From Thraustochytrium aureum (Eukaryota): a stretch of 64,000 nt of DNA. Within the stretch, counting starts at the first letter, position 1, and each line of letters starts with the position of its first letter. The translations under genes and the position numbers were made by a program. Below the pieces are notes generated by a model. That model made no database searches. It had not been told where the DNA came from and saw only the letters and a program-made list of their open reading frames with translations. The stretch covers positions 585,796 through 649,795 of the forward strand of contig BLSG01000216.1 of the NCBI GenBank assembly GCA_012862495.1. Reading direction: 5' to 3'. Positions 1 to 12,495 of this stretch are shown here, in pieces.

Positions 1-3000
1 CGTCCTGTAAATCGCCTGCGTTGTCGTCGTCGCGGCTCGACAGAGGAACCCGCTCATCAAAGCCGCCCTCGGATTTGTATGCACGAAGGTTATCAGACGC
101 TACCACATGGACTCCAAGCTTGAACATTGGCCGATCAAAGCTGACCTGAGCGAAACGTCCAAGTGAGTGGTACACGGTGACGTCTGCACGCCGGTCGAGA
201 TCCGCAGCGGTCGAGATCCTAGGAAAGAGAAGGTGGCCCGAACCGCGGAGCTCGGAGTCGGGGTCCGAAGGCGCCCTGCACAAGAAGTCGAAGCGGAGAA
301 TTTGCTCTTGCTCGCAATCTTCCTCGGCGCAGTCAAGAGTAAACTTGAACGCCCTTGGTGTCGACGATTGAACTACTCTGCCAAGGTCCACAATCTGCAA
401 GGTGCCTCGCGGCAGGAGCCATATGCGCGCATGGGTTATCGAGTTGGCTCGAAAATACTCGTCGGCCCCATCAACGAGGATGTCAACCTCTCCTTGGAGC
501 CAGTCTGGGTCTCTATGAGGTGCAAGGCGTACTTTGGGTCGCGCTGCAGGCACGGGGCTTTTGAGCGCTCGACGGGCGCGCTCCTTGTCGCGCCTATACT
601 CCAACCGGGCTTGAATTAGCTCAAGCAAACCGCGACGCTCGCTGTTGTCATTCGCCAGCAGCGGTTCCGAGAGACTGCCACCATCTGCGTCGATGGGGAG
701 CGAAGCTGGCCGCACACGCGCACTGGTGCTCGAGTCCGCAGTGTCGGCCTCGCTTGCAGAGGCGCCGCTCAGGTGCTGCAGCTCGATGGCCTCAAAATAA
801 AACGTAGGCCCCACGAGGAGAAACCCACGCCCGCCCTGCGAGGTCGTCGAGCGTGCGATGGCGCAAAACCGGGAGAGGTCCACCGACAGCAGAGGGTCGC
901 CAACCTCCTCCTCCTCGAACGAGGTGAACGAGCCATGCTGAAAAGCCCGCTTGCGAAAAATGCTCAAGCTGAATGCGTCGAGCCGGCACACCACTTGGTC
1001 GCGCTCACGCGGCAGCGTTACCTTCAGCAAGCTCGTGCGGCTCAGCAGCACGAGGCGGGGCACGCCGACAGCATCGGAGGCGCCCCCAGAACCTTGGATC
1101 ACGCGCATGATCGCGCGCACGAGCTTGGCCTTCCCTTCCAAAGAAAGCGCCACGAACTTGTACGTCCTTTGCCGAGTGACCACCTGGAAAGCGCACTGCT
1201 CCGCGTGGCGCACTCGAACGCCATAACCGCCGACAGCGCTCCGAACCTGCAACAAGGCGGGTCCATCCACGCCCTGGAGCGGGATAACCCCTGCGGGTTG
1301 GTCTTGCTTGACCTTGGAAATAGATTTGAAGTACTTGACCGTCCCGCCCTGGATGGTGACAAACCGCCGCTTCCAGATCAACCCCGTGGGGTCTGACTTC
1401 CACGCCCAGGCCCCTTCGGCCGCCGAGCCCGAGGCAGCGACGCTCGCGGAGCCGTGCAGACCAGGTGCGAACCGGTCAACCGCACGATCCTCAGAAGCAA
1501 AGAGGCGAGCACGGAGAGCGATTCCAGCCTCATTTCGGAGGAGTACGTGCGCTCCCTCCGTGCCAAGGCCTCGTCTCCCCGAAGTCACTCCAGCCGAGCG
1601 ATCCGACGCACTGCGACCCAACTCGGCAGTTTCGTCGTTCCCCTCATGTACTTCTGTGAACAAGCTCAGCAGATTGATCTGCTGCATTGCCGTCGGAGTG
1701 ACGTTCATGTTGAGCATGTGCGGCGACTCCAGTCGCACGAATGCCTCGGCGAGAGAGAGCGGCTTCACAGGATCTGCCTTCGAGAACTCGAGCGTCCTGA
1801 CGATACGCTCTTTCGGCGTTTCGCGCGAAAACTCTGGGACATCGACGCTGAGCCGGGCGAACCAGGGCTCGAGGAGGGATTCCCACACCCCGAGCGTGGC
1901 GTTCCAATAAGAGGNNNNNNNNNNNNNNNNNNNNNNNNNNNNNNNNNNNNNNNNNNNNNNNNNNNNNNNNNNNNNNNNNNNNNNNNNNNNNNNNNNNNNN
2001 NNNNNNNNNNNNNNNNNNNNNNNNNNNNNNNNNNNNNNNNNNNNNNNNNNNNNNNNNNNNNNNNNNNNNNNNNNNNNNNNNNNNNNNNNNNNNNNNNNNN
2101 NNNNNNNNNNNNNNNNNNNNNNNNNNNNNNNNNNNNNNNNNNNNNNNNNNNNNNNNNNNNNGGCAGACCTCGGAGGGCTCGAGATCGACGGAAAGCTTGA
2201 CTTTTCGCTGTGCAAGTTGAGGGGGGCCAACGGGATGGTCCTGTGAGCGCGGCGACGAGGCGGGTCCTTCTGCCGTGCTCCTTGCTGCGGACCCGTAGTC
2301 GGGTGGCGAGATTGCCTGGAGGAGGCGAAAGTCCTCGCGACCGAGTTCGACGCGAATGGCAGTTATGTGCATGTCGGCCACTACGAGATCGTCCGCGGTG
2401 CCTGAGCCGCCGTCCAGCGCTGCCCCGAGCTCGACATAAACGTTCCCTGAAGCGGAAAACCGCTTGAGAACTGGAGCCAACGCGGCACGTTCAGCCGGCG
2501 AGCGGTCCTTGTTCGAGCATCGTTCCACGGAAACGGGACCAATCGCGAGGCTCGCGCGGAGCTCTTCGTCCTTCTTGGCAGTGGCCGTGACGCAGACCCC
2601 CCAGCGAAGCACGAGGCAGACTGGCGCTTTGGTTGCCGTCAGGGTCATGGCGACCTCGTCGCACCTGAACTCGAGCTGCACATTCTTGGGGATTGAGAGC
2701 CGGCTTCTGACCGCCTCCGTCGTCCGCAGGCGCTCAACCTGCGGAAAATCGTCGTCTGGAAGGCCCAGTGAGCTCCCGCTACTCGTCGAGCGCAAGCTTT
2801 CCGTCCGCGTTGTGTATGAGGCCGCTTCACCTGGGCGTCGCGTGTTCTCGAACTCGAGCAAGGCGGGGTCAAGTGATTGGTAGGCACGGACAGCCTTGAA
2901 GCGCGCCAAGGCGCTAAGGAGCTCGAAAACATCGAGCTCGACGTTCGCCAGGAGGCACTCGGCCCGCACGGAATCGTTCTCCGCCAGCTGCACCTTGGCA

Positions 3001-6000
3001 TTCCAGAGGGGCGAGCGCTCCGTGCGCAGGAGTTCGTGGCCTTGCGATTGGTCAAACGCTGTCACGAGCGCCTGTCGCAGAACGGCAGAGCCAGCGCCGC
3101 AGACCGGAAACTTGTCGCTTGAAAAGGCGACGGCCATCTCCTCCAGGGAAACGTGCAACAGCTTGAACCTGTCAGACTCGATGCTTTTTAGGCGTGTTGG
3201 AGAGCGCGGCGAAGCGCCCCGCGAAGAGGACCCGCTTGAGCTGGGCGACGTTGTTCGCGAGCTCGAACTGGGACGGGAAAGGGGGGTGATGCGGTCACCA
3301 CCCTCTTCTCTGAAAAGTGTGAGCCTAACCGCATCGATGTCGACATTGATAAACATTCGCGAGAGCGGCGATGGTGCCGCTGTAGGCGCTGCAGTAGAAG
3401 CTTTGCGTGGCGGCTCGACTGCTTGCGCAGCGCCACCGGGCTCTGCTGTGGGCATCACTAGATCGAGGCGGTTGCACTGTTGGGTATCGACGAGGCATGC
3501 GTACTGAATTTGCGAGCACGAGACCGTCACCGGGGTGACGTTAAGGCGCAGTTTTGTGAGATCTGGGTGAAGTTCGACCGAGCCAGCGCCCGACGCTCGG
3601 AAGAGAGTCTGAAAGAGGTCGTCCTCAAACATCCAGGTCTCAGCAGCTGCATTGGACAGACGAAACCAAGCGGAGACTGAAGCAGGCTTTTGAGGCGCCT
3701 CCTCCTGGTCCCCACCCTCCGAGCCGCCGCTCATGGCATCAAAAAACTCGGCCTCACTCGTGCGCGACTCGAGCGGGACCTCGATTGCAGTCTCCGACGC
3801 GAGCACAGCGTGCTTCACGCCCAGCTCGACGGCGCCGACACGGATGACCACAAAGTCGCGCTCTTGCCAGTTAACATCCCCATACTTGGGTGCGCGCGGC
3901 ACGAGGATGGCAGCGTCTTCGAGGCGAAAAGTGAGGTCGAGGTTAGGCACTGCAATTGGCTCAGCGTCAGGGTCTGGAGGCGGAGCAACAGCGAGTCCGT
4001 GCGCGACGACTCGAGTGAGAAAAGGCGCCGCGAGGCAGATGCGGGGGGCCCGCAAATCGCATTGAACAGCATAAGCGGCCTCCGGGTCGTGCGACTGCCG
4101 AGCAGCTACTTGAAGTGCCGAAGCGAAATCGTCCGCCTGGTCGTCTTGCGGCCACGGCGAGGTGGTCCAGAGAATTGCTTGCCCAGCCCCAGAAGGCTCT
4201 TCGAGCCTCGCGCTGTGCACGGCAGCCCTCAAGGCAAAAGGCGCCAGATCCATGGGATTTGTGGGCGATTCGAGGCCATGGCCTTGGTGCGCCAGCGTCC
4301 CAGCAAAGTCCTTCAGCGCGGCGTCGACGCCTTTGAGCTCGAAGACCGCAAGATCTCCGTCCCAGTCCGCCTGCACCATCCGTACCGAGACATTGGGAAA
4401 CCAGACTTGCAAGAGTTGCGCCTGCTTGGGTGGTGGTTGGCTGTCAAAGCTGCTGGCCACAGCAGCTGGAGGAGTGCCACCGCTCGCCACGGCGCCCCCA
4501 AGCTTAGTGGCAAGGTCCATGACCTCTGGCACATACTGCTCATGCGACGCCAAGCGAGCCTCTGAACAGGTGAGCTGCATGGCGTCGACCCCGCTGCAGA
4601 GCTCGGGCACAGCAAAGCCAAGGGGTGGGAGAAGGCCTGTGAGGTCGTTGAGGAATGGCACGTGGCCGCACCAGGGCGGTCTCGAAGCCTCCAAGCTCGT
4701 CTTGCTGAGACGCACACCGCGGACGTCGGCGAGCTGAAACACGCCCTGGTTGTCTGTGACAGAGACCTGGTCTATTGCGAGACTGAGTCGAGACCCTGAG
4801 AGCCGGGATTCAGTGGAGAACTCGTTTCCTGATCCTTGCAGCCTTATGTGACACAGTGGCTGGCTCTCGTCTACGTTTGCGAGGGAAACTACAACCGACG
4901 GAAACCGAACGTCCATGCGCGAGAAGACGCGCTCGCCCACGAGCGCCGCGTTGCGCGCACTAAGCCGTTTGCGAGCTGTGCTCAGGTCGAGCTGGGACCG
5001 TCGCACTTCGCGACGACCACGGCTCGCCGGGGCGGCTGGCCCAAGTGGGTCAGGGGAAAGCACCATATGGAGGCGCGACTGTATCCGATGCGCTCGAAGG
5101 AGGGTCCCGGGGTCAAGGTGAACCTGAATTGGGCTCTGAAAGTCCACTTCCTTGAGCGACAGCGGAATCCGCGGATCTCGAACGCAGATAGACGCACGGA
5201 GGCGCACTGCAAAAGAAACTGGATCCAGAAGAGTTGCCCGGTCCGTTGCCTGATCGAGAAGCGACGAGCTTGCAGGCAACACGCGTTGCAAAGTGACGCC
5301 AAGGCTTTCGAATCGTACATCTTGGCCGGACAACCCGAGCTCCTCCAGTCGGTCGGTCGAAGAATCTACGAACAGGTCGCCCAGCTGGATGACGAGGGCA
5401 TCACGCGCCTTGACGGCAGGCTCCGGCCTCAGAAACCCGTGATTTTGAGCACCTTGCCAATGGCGCGGCGACGCGGCCTCGACGGCAGAGGTCGTCGGCA
5501 GCGGAATCACCACGAGCGGCTGGGCCATGTGGAGGCTGAACTCGGAGCGCGGCAGGGCCTCCTTCGCGTCTCGGACGTCCCCGTCGTTGAAGGTAGCCGC
5601 GGCATCCAACACGGTGAGCAGGTCGTGATAAAACTGGTCCTCGGGCGAGGGCGGTCCGGAGCCCTGTGGCGGGTCCAAGAACTGATTAAGGGCGGCCAGG
5701 AGCTCGGCATCCACCCAGACTGCTAGAGGGCGAACGCGTATGGCTGTGGAGTCTGGCGCGCTCTTGTCGCCCGTTTTCTTGATTGTAATGGTGGCGCACG
5801 GGCGGCTGGGATCTCCGTGGGCTGCGGCGTCGCGTACAAAAACCACCTCCGCACGCGAAGGCCCCGACGCGACCCGAAAGTCCAGCAACTGCACGTTGGC
5901 AGAGGTCTCAGAGGAGTGATGCTTGACAGAAGCCTGCAAGAAGTCTAATTGCACCGTGGCAAGCGGGTCTTCGGGTGCGTCGGAGCCGGAGGAGGAAAAG

Positions 6001-7550
6001 AGGACAAGGCGACCCTCGTGGAGCGCAAATGCAGCGTCGAGCAGCCAAGCTTGTTCCCCGCTGCCTCCAAGCGGGCTTGGGGCTGCGGCGAGATCCGCGG
6101 TGAGACGCCTAGCTGCGCGCCGAGCCAAGCGCGCAAGCTCTATTTGGCTCGGCGCCCCAACCCCGAGCCACCTCTGTGCAAAGCCGCCGTTGTTCCTGAG
6201 CGCGAAAGCCTCGACAAGCTCGAGCTCGGCGACGGTGCGGAAGGCCATGACAACCCTGTCCGGTAACTCGGCCTCGAGGTCGCCCAAGCGAGAAGCAGCC
6301 GCTTGGTCTAAGACTGCGGCGTTTGCTGGCGCGAGGAGCTGGGCAACAGTTCCAGCCATCGCCCTGAAGCGGCGTTTGTGCAGGTCGACGTACTCGGCGC
6401 GAAGGTCGAAAAGCCTACGCACGTACGTCCAAGAGGTTCGCTTGCGACGTTCACGCACGAGCTCCATGACGCGCACAATTACGTAGCGCCACCACCCGCG
6501 CGGGTCGACGTCAGGTCGCGACAGGGGCCGCCCGCCGTGGTTGTCTAGAAACGTCATCTCTGCGCCCAAGTCGTTCGACAATTTGACCAAGTCGTGGTAC
6601 TGTCGCGGGTCAAGGTGGACTTGAAACGCTTCGACATTGACCGAGGCGCGCACCATGGGGCGCCCAACCGCGGGTTCGAGGTGGATCTCCTTTGCGATCA
6701 GAGCCACCTCGGTCTCGCCCAGTATACGAGATAGAGGAGCTTCCACAGAGCCCACTGCAGATCTCGACCGAGGTGGTGGACTCGCATCGCGTTGCTCGTA
6801 CGCGAAGGCGTCAAATATGTCGACCGATGCAATCTCTCTGGAATCGCGGCAGTGATAGACACGCAGCCCAGCAAGACGACCGACCTTGCTGATCGCCCCA
6901 CTTGACTCAGCGGCGTCCTGTGCGAAGGGGAGAATAGAAAGCTTGTCAAAAGCGAGGCCGACCACGAATTCACGTCCGGCCTGGCTTGACGGGTGCCAGA
7001 GCTGCAGGTCGACGTTTGTGATGAGAACGCGCAAGTTGAGCGCGATCGAGCGCGTCAGATCGGACACATACCGGCCGAACCACGTCGTCGAGTCGTTGCC
7101 TGCTGGTTGTGCGGCCTCGCCGTGCCTTGCATTGTCGAAAGCGACAAGCGCAGCCACGCGTTCCCGGTTATTCTGATCGACTGAGCTGAGCTTGCGCGCG
7201 CGGGCCTGCTCGCCGGCGAGCTGCTCTTCCACCGAAGCAGCGTTCGAGAGCTTTGTGAGGCCTTCAGCCTCCCGCTTGACCTGCATTGTGATGTGTAGCC
7301 CGCTGATTTCAACGATCGTGGGCGACGAGCTGATACTGCTCCATGGAATGACGATGCGAAGCCGGTCGAGGCGGCCTTCGCGCACAACGAGAGGGTTGCT
7401 GGGGCTATCCAGCGCATCTTGCCTCACTTTCAAGTTGCGAAGAACGACGTCCCCTTTGCTCACCGCGAGCTTGAGGTCGTTCGGATCGACGTCTTCGACG
7501 AGCCAGCCAACGCTGCGGTTCACCACAGCAGCGAGGACGCTCTCCAGCAT
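1..7550 (-). CDS. VPS13: VPS13-family bridge-like lipid transfer protein (3' end runs off the window; interrupted by the gap at 1915-2161)
   Basis: Chorein-N start MLESVLAAVVNRSVGWLVEDVDPNDLKLAVSKGDVVLRNLKV (ATG at 7550) and the RP..DPRGWWRYVI motif. After the gap another minus frame reads SYWNATLGVWESLLEPW (VPS13 WEPLxEPW motif) and stays open to position 1. Confidence 0.9.
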
Positions 7551-8133
7551 GTTGGCGATCGCCTTGTACCGCGTCCTTGCACCCGTGCGCCCCCCCGTCG
7601 CCCTTCCGCGCGCGTCACACGACAACTCGACAGGCAAGAATCACAAACACCTGCCCTCGCCTGCGCGAAGCCAAAAGAGGGGGTCCCTTGCAGGCCGACA
7701 GGCCGGCTTTTCAGCGCCGCCCGCGTCGGTTCGCAGGCGCCGATCCGCCGCGGTCCAGGCGTGCAGCCGTGCGTGCGCGCTGCCCGCAGCGAGGTCAGCA
7801 GCTGACAGCCGCGTGAATTGGGCGATTGGGTGATCGGCGCTGCAAGGACCAAATGCTTCGAAACAAACCAAAAAGGCGTCAATCATCAACGAACAGTTCC
7901 TTGATCTTGGAAAAAGAACAACGAACGAGAGCCAACGGTTAGCGCGAACGAATGAGAGGCATTTTGATTGAGGCAGACCAGCATCGTGCGTGCGGGCGCG
8001 TGGGCGTGCGGGCGTGCGGGCGTGCGACCGGGGAGCTCCTGCGCGGCGCGGCCGGGAGGCCTGTAGAACTTGCGAATCGCCGCTCCGCTCTCGCGCAAGG
8101 CTGGTGCGCAAGGCTGCTGGACGACTCTTTGCG

Positions 8134-9094
8134 ATGAGCAAACACCAGCCTGTTCCCGCGGCGGTGCGGTACAACTCGGGGTCGCAGGTCGCGGCGGCCC
8201 TGAACCCGGTGAGAGGGCTGCGCGACCAGCAGAGGCGAGCAGGGCAGACCCCTGTGGACCATGCGCGGCGCAACCTGATGGCCATCAAAGAGACGCAACG
8301 CAAGCTCCAAGAGGAGCGCGAGGCGCGGTCGCTGCAGCAGCCCGCCGAGCCCTTCAAGCTGAAAAAGTTCGCCGCCGTGGGCTCAAAGGTGAGCGCGCGC
8401 GTCGAGGAGGACACCAGGCAGGCGGAGCAGCGCCCAAAGCACAAGTTTCTTCGCAAGGGAGAGCGGTGCAAGGAGCCGGCGCCTCACGTGGCGCGGCCCG
8501 GCCAAAGCCCCAACATGGAGGGACGAGCGGCGGGCGCTCGAGTCGGCTGGCACGACCGGAGCAGACACTGCGCGCTCTGGCTCGTCACAGAGCACCCGGA
8601 CGCGGATAAAGAGCAAGCAAGCGGTCCCGAAGGCCAACGAGCTGAACGAGCTTGCTCCGCGAGCGAGCCGGAACTTTATCCAGACCAATGCGCGCGACGT
8701 CTTGGACAAGGCTGCAGAAAACCGCGCAAAGCAAGACGCGCTGCGTAAGCGCGAGGAGAGCGTGCGCGAGCGCCAGCGCCACTCGCTCGGCCAGGTCCCC
8801 CAGTACCTCCTGAAGCGGCAGTCGGAGCTGCTCGAGGAGAAGGCCCGGCTGGCCGAGCAGGCGGACCCGGACTGTCCGCCTGGGATGGTTCGTGTCTCGG
8901 ACGAGGAGCGGCTGCACACCCTAGACGCGCTGAAACGGAACCTCGAAGAGACGCGAAACGAGCTGCGCAAGTTTCCCCTGACCGTGTCGTCGATCGCGCA
9001 GCGCAACCGCAAAAAGGAGCTCGAGGACAAGTTGACAGAGCAGGAGACCGCGGTGGAGATATTCAGCAAGGATAAGGTTTACATTTACGAGTAG
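8134..9094 (+). CDS. ENKD1: Enkurin domain-containing protein (ENKD1-like), one intron at about 8488-8590
   Basis: N-terminal DHARRNLMAIKETQ..FKLKKF and C-terminal enkurin domain GQVPQYL..CPPGM..EERLHTL..LRKFP..IFSKDKVYI. A GT...CAG intron joins the two frames. Confidence 0.8.
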
Positions 9095-9247
9095 GCGAAG
9101 GGAGGGCGGGAGAGCGAGGAGAGCCTGTGGCTCTTGCGCATGTAGTCTGCATTGCGAGCCTGCTGGCCGCCTCGGATGTCAATCTGCCCCCTCAGTGGAA
9201 CGAACATGGCTGAAACGAAATTGAGATTGTAAATTTCTCCAGAGCGG

Positions 9248-11202
9248 TTAATCGAAAGTAATGTGCTTGCCCGTGCCTTGCATCACCATCTTGGGTTTCT
9301 TGGGCGGCGGGCCACGAGATGAGCCACCAGCGCCACCTCCAAAGCCCCCTCTGCCGCCGCCCCCAAAGCCACCGCGGCCACCGCCGCCTCCAAAGCTGCC
9401 TCGGCCGCCGCTCTCCTGGCCAAAGGACTTGCGTTTGTTGCCGCCAGGCGGGGCGCCGCCATCGGCGCCTCCGCGCGACCGCGGAATGGCAAAGTCGATG
9501 CGCATGGGGCGGCCAAGCAGGTTCGTGCCATGGAGCTTGGCAGCGTTCTCTGCGCCCTCTTCGGTGGCAAACTCAATGTGACCGTACCCGCGAAACTCGT
9601 TTGTCTCCCGGTTCATTCCCCAGCGAATCTGCGAGATCTCGCCGCAGTCCTTGAACATTTCGCGCACCACTTCTTCCTCAGCGTCAAAGCTGAGGTTGCC
9701 GAGAAAAACTGTGTTGCAGCCCTCCGGGCGCTCGCCAGGGCCAGCCGCCAGAAGGTTTGGCTTGCCGTTCCGCGGCGGCCTGTACTGGCGCACCTTGACC
9801 CAGCGCGCGCCCATGTACTCGCCGTCAAGCGCGATTGCCTTGTTTGCCGCATCCTCGCCAGCAAAGGTCACCAGGGCGGTGCCTTGCAGCGTTCCCTCGC
9901 CCAGTTCGACCGAGGAGGGCTCGCCACAAGCCTTGAAGAAGGCCCGGAGGTCGTCCTGCGTGGTTTCGTACGGGAACCCCAGCACCTGCACCACGCTGCC
10001 CTCGCTGGCACCGTTCGCGTCGCCGTTCTCCTGCTTGGTTGGTGTTTTCGTTTCGGCCGCCTTGGGCCTTGGGGGCTTTGGCGGGCGGCGCCTCGCTAGC
10101 CTCGGTCTTCTTGCGCGCAACCTTCTTGTCGCTGGCGTCTTCGCTCTCGTCGTCACTGTCATCTGACGAGGAAGACGAGGAAGAGGACGAGTCGTCCTTG
10201 ACTGGCTGCTCTTTCTTTTGCGCGGCCTTCTTCTCGGCGACAGGCTTGGCTGCAGCAGGCTTGGCCGCCTCTTTCTTCTTGGCGTCTTCGTCGTCGCTGT
10301 CCGAGTCGGAGGAGGAAGAGCTATCCGCGTCCTTTGCGGGAGCAGCCTTCGCTGGCGCAGGGGCCGGCTTCTTGGCCTTCTCCTTTTCGTCCTCAGAGTC
10401 GGACGAGCTCGAGGACGAGTCGCTGTCGCTGCTTGCCTTTACTTCGGCCTTCGGGGCAGCCTTCTTCGCCTCTGCAACGGGCTTGGTCGACTCCTTCTTG
10501 GTCGCGGCGACTTCATCTTCTGAGTCTGACGATGATGAGGAGTCGCTGTCAGACTCGGCTTTCTTGGCAGGCAGGGCTGCCGCCGCCGGCTTGGCCTTGC
10601 TGTTCTTCTCTGGTTTGTCGCTCTCAGAGTCCGATGAGTCGGAGCTCGAGCTGTCGGCCTTGGCAGCAGGCTTGGGCTTTGTCGAAGGAGCGGCCTTCTC
10701 GTCTTCCGAGTCGGAGGACGAAGAGCTGTCGCTCTCCCCGTCCTTCGCCTTGGCCGGAGCGGGCTTGGCTGTGGCCGGGGGAGCGGACTTCTTCTCGTCC
10801 TCCGAATCGGAGGACGACGAACTGTCGCTGTCACTCTCAGCTTTCGCCTTGGCCGGAGCCGCTTTGGCCGGAGCCGCNNNNNNNNNNNNNNNNNNNNNNN
10901 NNNNNNNNNNNNNNNNNNNNNNNNNNNNNNNNNNNNNNNNNNNNNNNNNNNNNNNNNNNNNNNNNNNNNNNNNNNNNNNNNNNNNNNNNNNNNNNNNNNN
11001 NNNNNNNNNNNNNNNNNNNNNNNNNNNNNNNNNNNNNNNTTGCTTGCCTTTGCGTTGCCGGCGACGCGACGCCCTTCTTCTTGGCAATCATGGGCGGCGA
11101 CCCGCTGCTTGACGAGCTGCTGCTGCTGCTTGAGGAGCTGCTGCTGCTGCTGCTGTCGCTGTCGCTCTCAGCAGCCACAGCAACTTTTTCCTTCTTGCCC
11201 AT
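9248..11202 (-). CDS. Nucleolin/NSR1-like protein (acidic-Ser/basic repeats, 2 RRMs, GAR tail); frameshift at about 10070 and an internal gap
   Basis: MGKK start, alternating SDSSSSSDSEDE and KKAPA tracts, RRM motifs VFLGNLSF and FRGYGHIEF, RGG-rich tail ending GKHITFD. Confidence 0.88.
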
Positions 11203-11288
11203 TTTTCGCCTGGGTGGGGTCGCCGGACGTCCGAGAGCCGTGGACTAAACCGCGCAGCAGAAACACCCTTCTTGCCTGGCCGCGCGCG

Positions 11289-11351
11289 TGCCTGCCTGCC
11301 TGCCTGCCTGCCTGCCTGCGTGCGTGCCTGCCTGCCTGCCTGCCTGCCTGC
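11289..11351. repeat. (TGCC)n microsatellite in the divergent nucleolin/Mpv17 intergenic region
   Basis: Directly visible tandem TGCC/TGCG units. Confidence 0.95.
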
Positions 11352-11700
11352 TGTGCGTGCTTGCCTGCGCGCCTGCGTGTTTGCTGGGCACGCACGTTCG
11401 TTCCCTGCATGCGTGCGTCCACCGCACAAAGTAGACCAGCAGATTGCGTTCCGCACCTACCGCCGTTCCGGCGAATGCGGCGCAGTACGCACACCTCAAC
11501 GTCCATGTACAAAGGATCTACCCGTTAATGACGGATAGATCCGTGTTGCTGCTGTTCTGCGCGTTGTTACCGATTATAACGGGTGTTTCCGCTTGGAATG
11601 GATCTACTCGTTTGGTTGTTTTGCAACAATGTTTTGCAACGGGGCAAAACGGGTTGGGCGAGCACGGCGCGCGCGCGCGAGGCGAGGCGAGGCGAGGAGA

Positions 11701-12327
11701 ATGCGGGCCCGCGCAGCGCGGTGGGCCGCGGCGTACGACCGCGCATTGCGCTCGCGGCCGCTGGCGACAAAGGCTGCCACAAGTGCAGGGCTGATGGCAG
11801 CGGGCGATTGTGCTGCGCAAGTCCTGTTGCCTGACGAGCGGTCAGCGGGGCAGGCGCAGACGCCTCGGTTTGACGCAGCGCGAGCTGCGAGGTTTGCGCT
11901 GCTAGGGGGCGTGCTAATGGGCCCGGTGCTGCACGCGTGGTATGGGCTGCTCGGGAGGAAGGTCGCGGGCACAGGCTTGCGGTCTACGATGACGCGCGTT
12001 GCGTTGGACCAGTTTGCCTTCAGCCCAGTGTTTTTGGCAGTGTTCTTCCCCAGCGTCGGGATCTTGGAGGGCCGCGCGCTGAGCGATATCTCAATGCAGC
12101 TCCAGGAGATCTGGTTCCCGAGCGTTTTGCGCAACTGGGTTTGGTGGATTCCTGCTCAAGCAGCCAACTTTGGCTTGGTGCCACAGCGGTACCAGGTGCT
12201 TTTCTCGAATGGGGCGGGCGTGATTTGGAATTGCTATCTGTCATTCGCGTCGCAGCAGCGATCTGCCGCGCCCCTTGGCCTCGAACCTGGCGTCGAGCGG
12301 GCGACGCTGCCGCGAAAGAGGGACTAG
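11701..12327 (+). CDS. Mpv17/PMP22 family membrane protein
   Basis: Y..AL..RPLATKAATS, GD..AQ, LHAWY, DQFAFSP and WIPAQAANF.LVP motifs. Confidence 0.92.
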   Translation: MRARAARWAAAYDRALRSRPLATKAATSAGLMAAGDCAAQVLLPDERSAGQAQTPRFDAARAARFALLGGVLMGPVLHAWYGLLGRKVAGTGLRSTMTRVALDQFAFSPVFLAVFFPSVGILEGRALSDISMQLQEIWFPSVLRNWVWWIPAQAANFGLVPQRYQVLFSNGAGVIWNCYLSFASQQRSAAPLGLEPGVERATLPRKRD

Positions 12328-12367
12328 GCACTTTTGGTTTGCTTATCCTGACGCGCTTGCTCGACCA

Positions 12368-12415
12368 AAGCTCGAGAGCTCTTGCTCTCTCTACTCTCTA
12401 GCTAGAGCTCGAGAG
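12368..12415. terminator. CTAG/AGCT-rich palindromic element between convergent genes (putative 3'-end signal)
   Basis: Contains the perfect palindrome CTCTAGCTAGAG at 12396-12407. The function is inferred from its position only. Confidence 0.4.
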
Positions 12416-12495
12416 GGCGGAGGGCGGAGACAGAGCGTTGCGCGAGTGCGCGCCTTTGAGACGGCTGGACTTGCATTTCCAAACACTCACTACTT

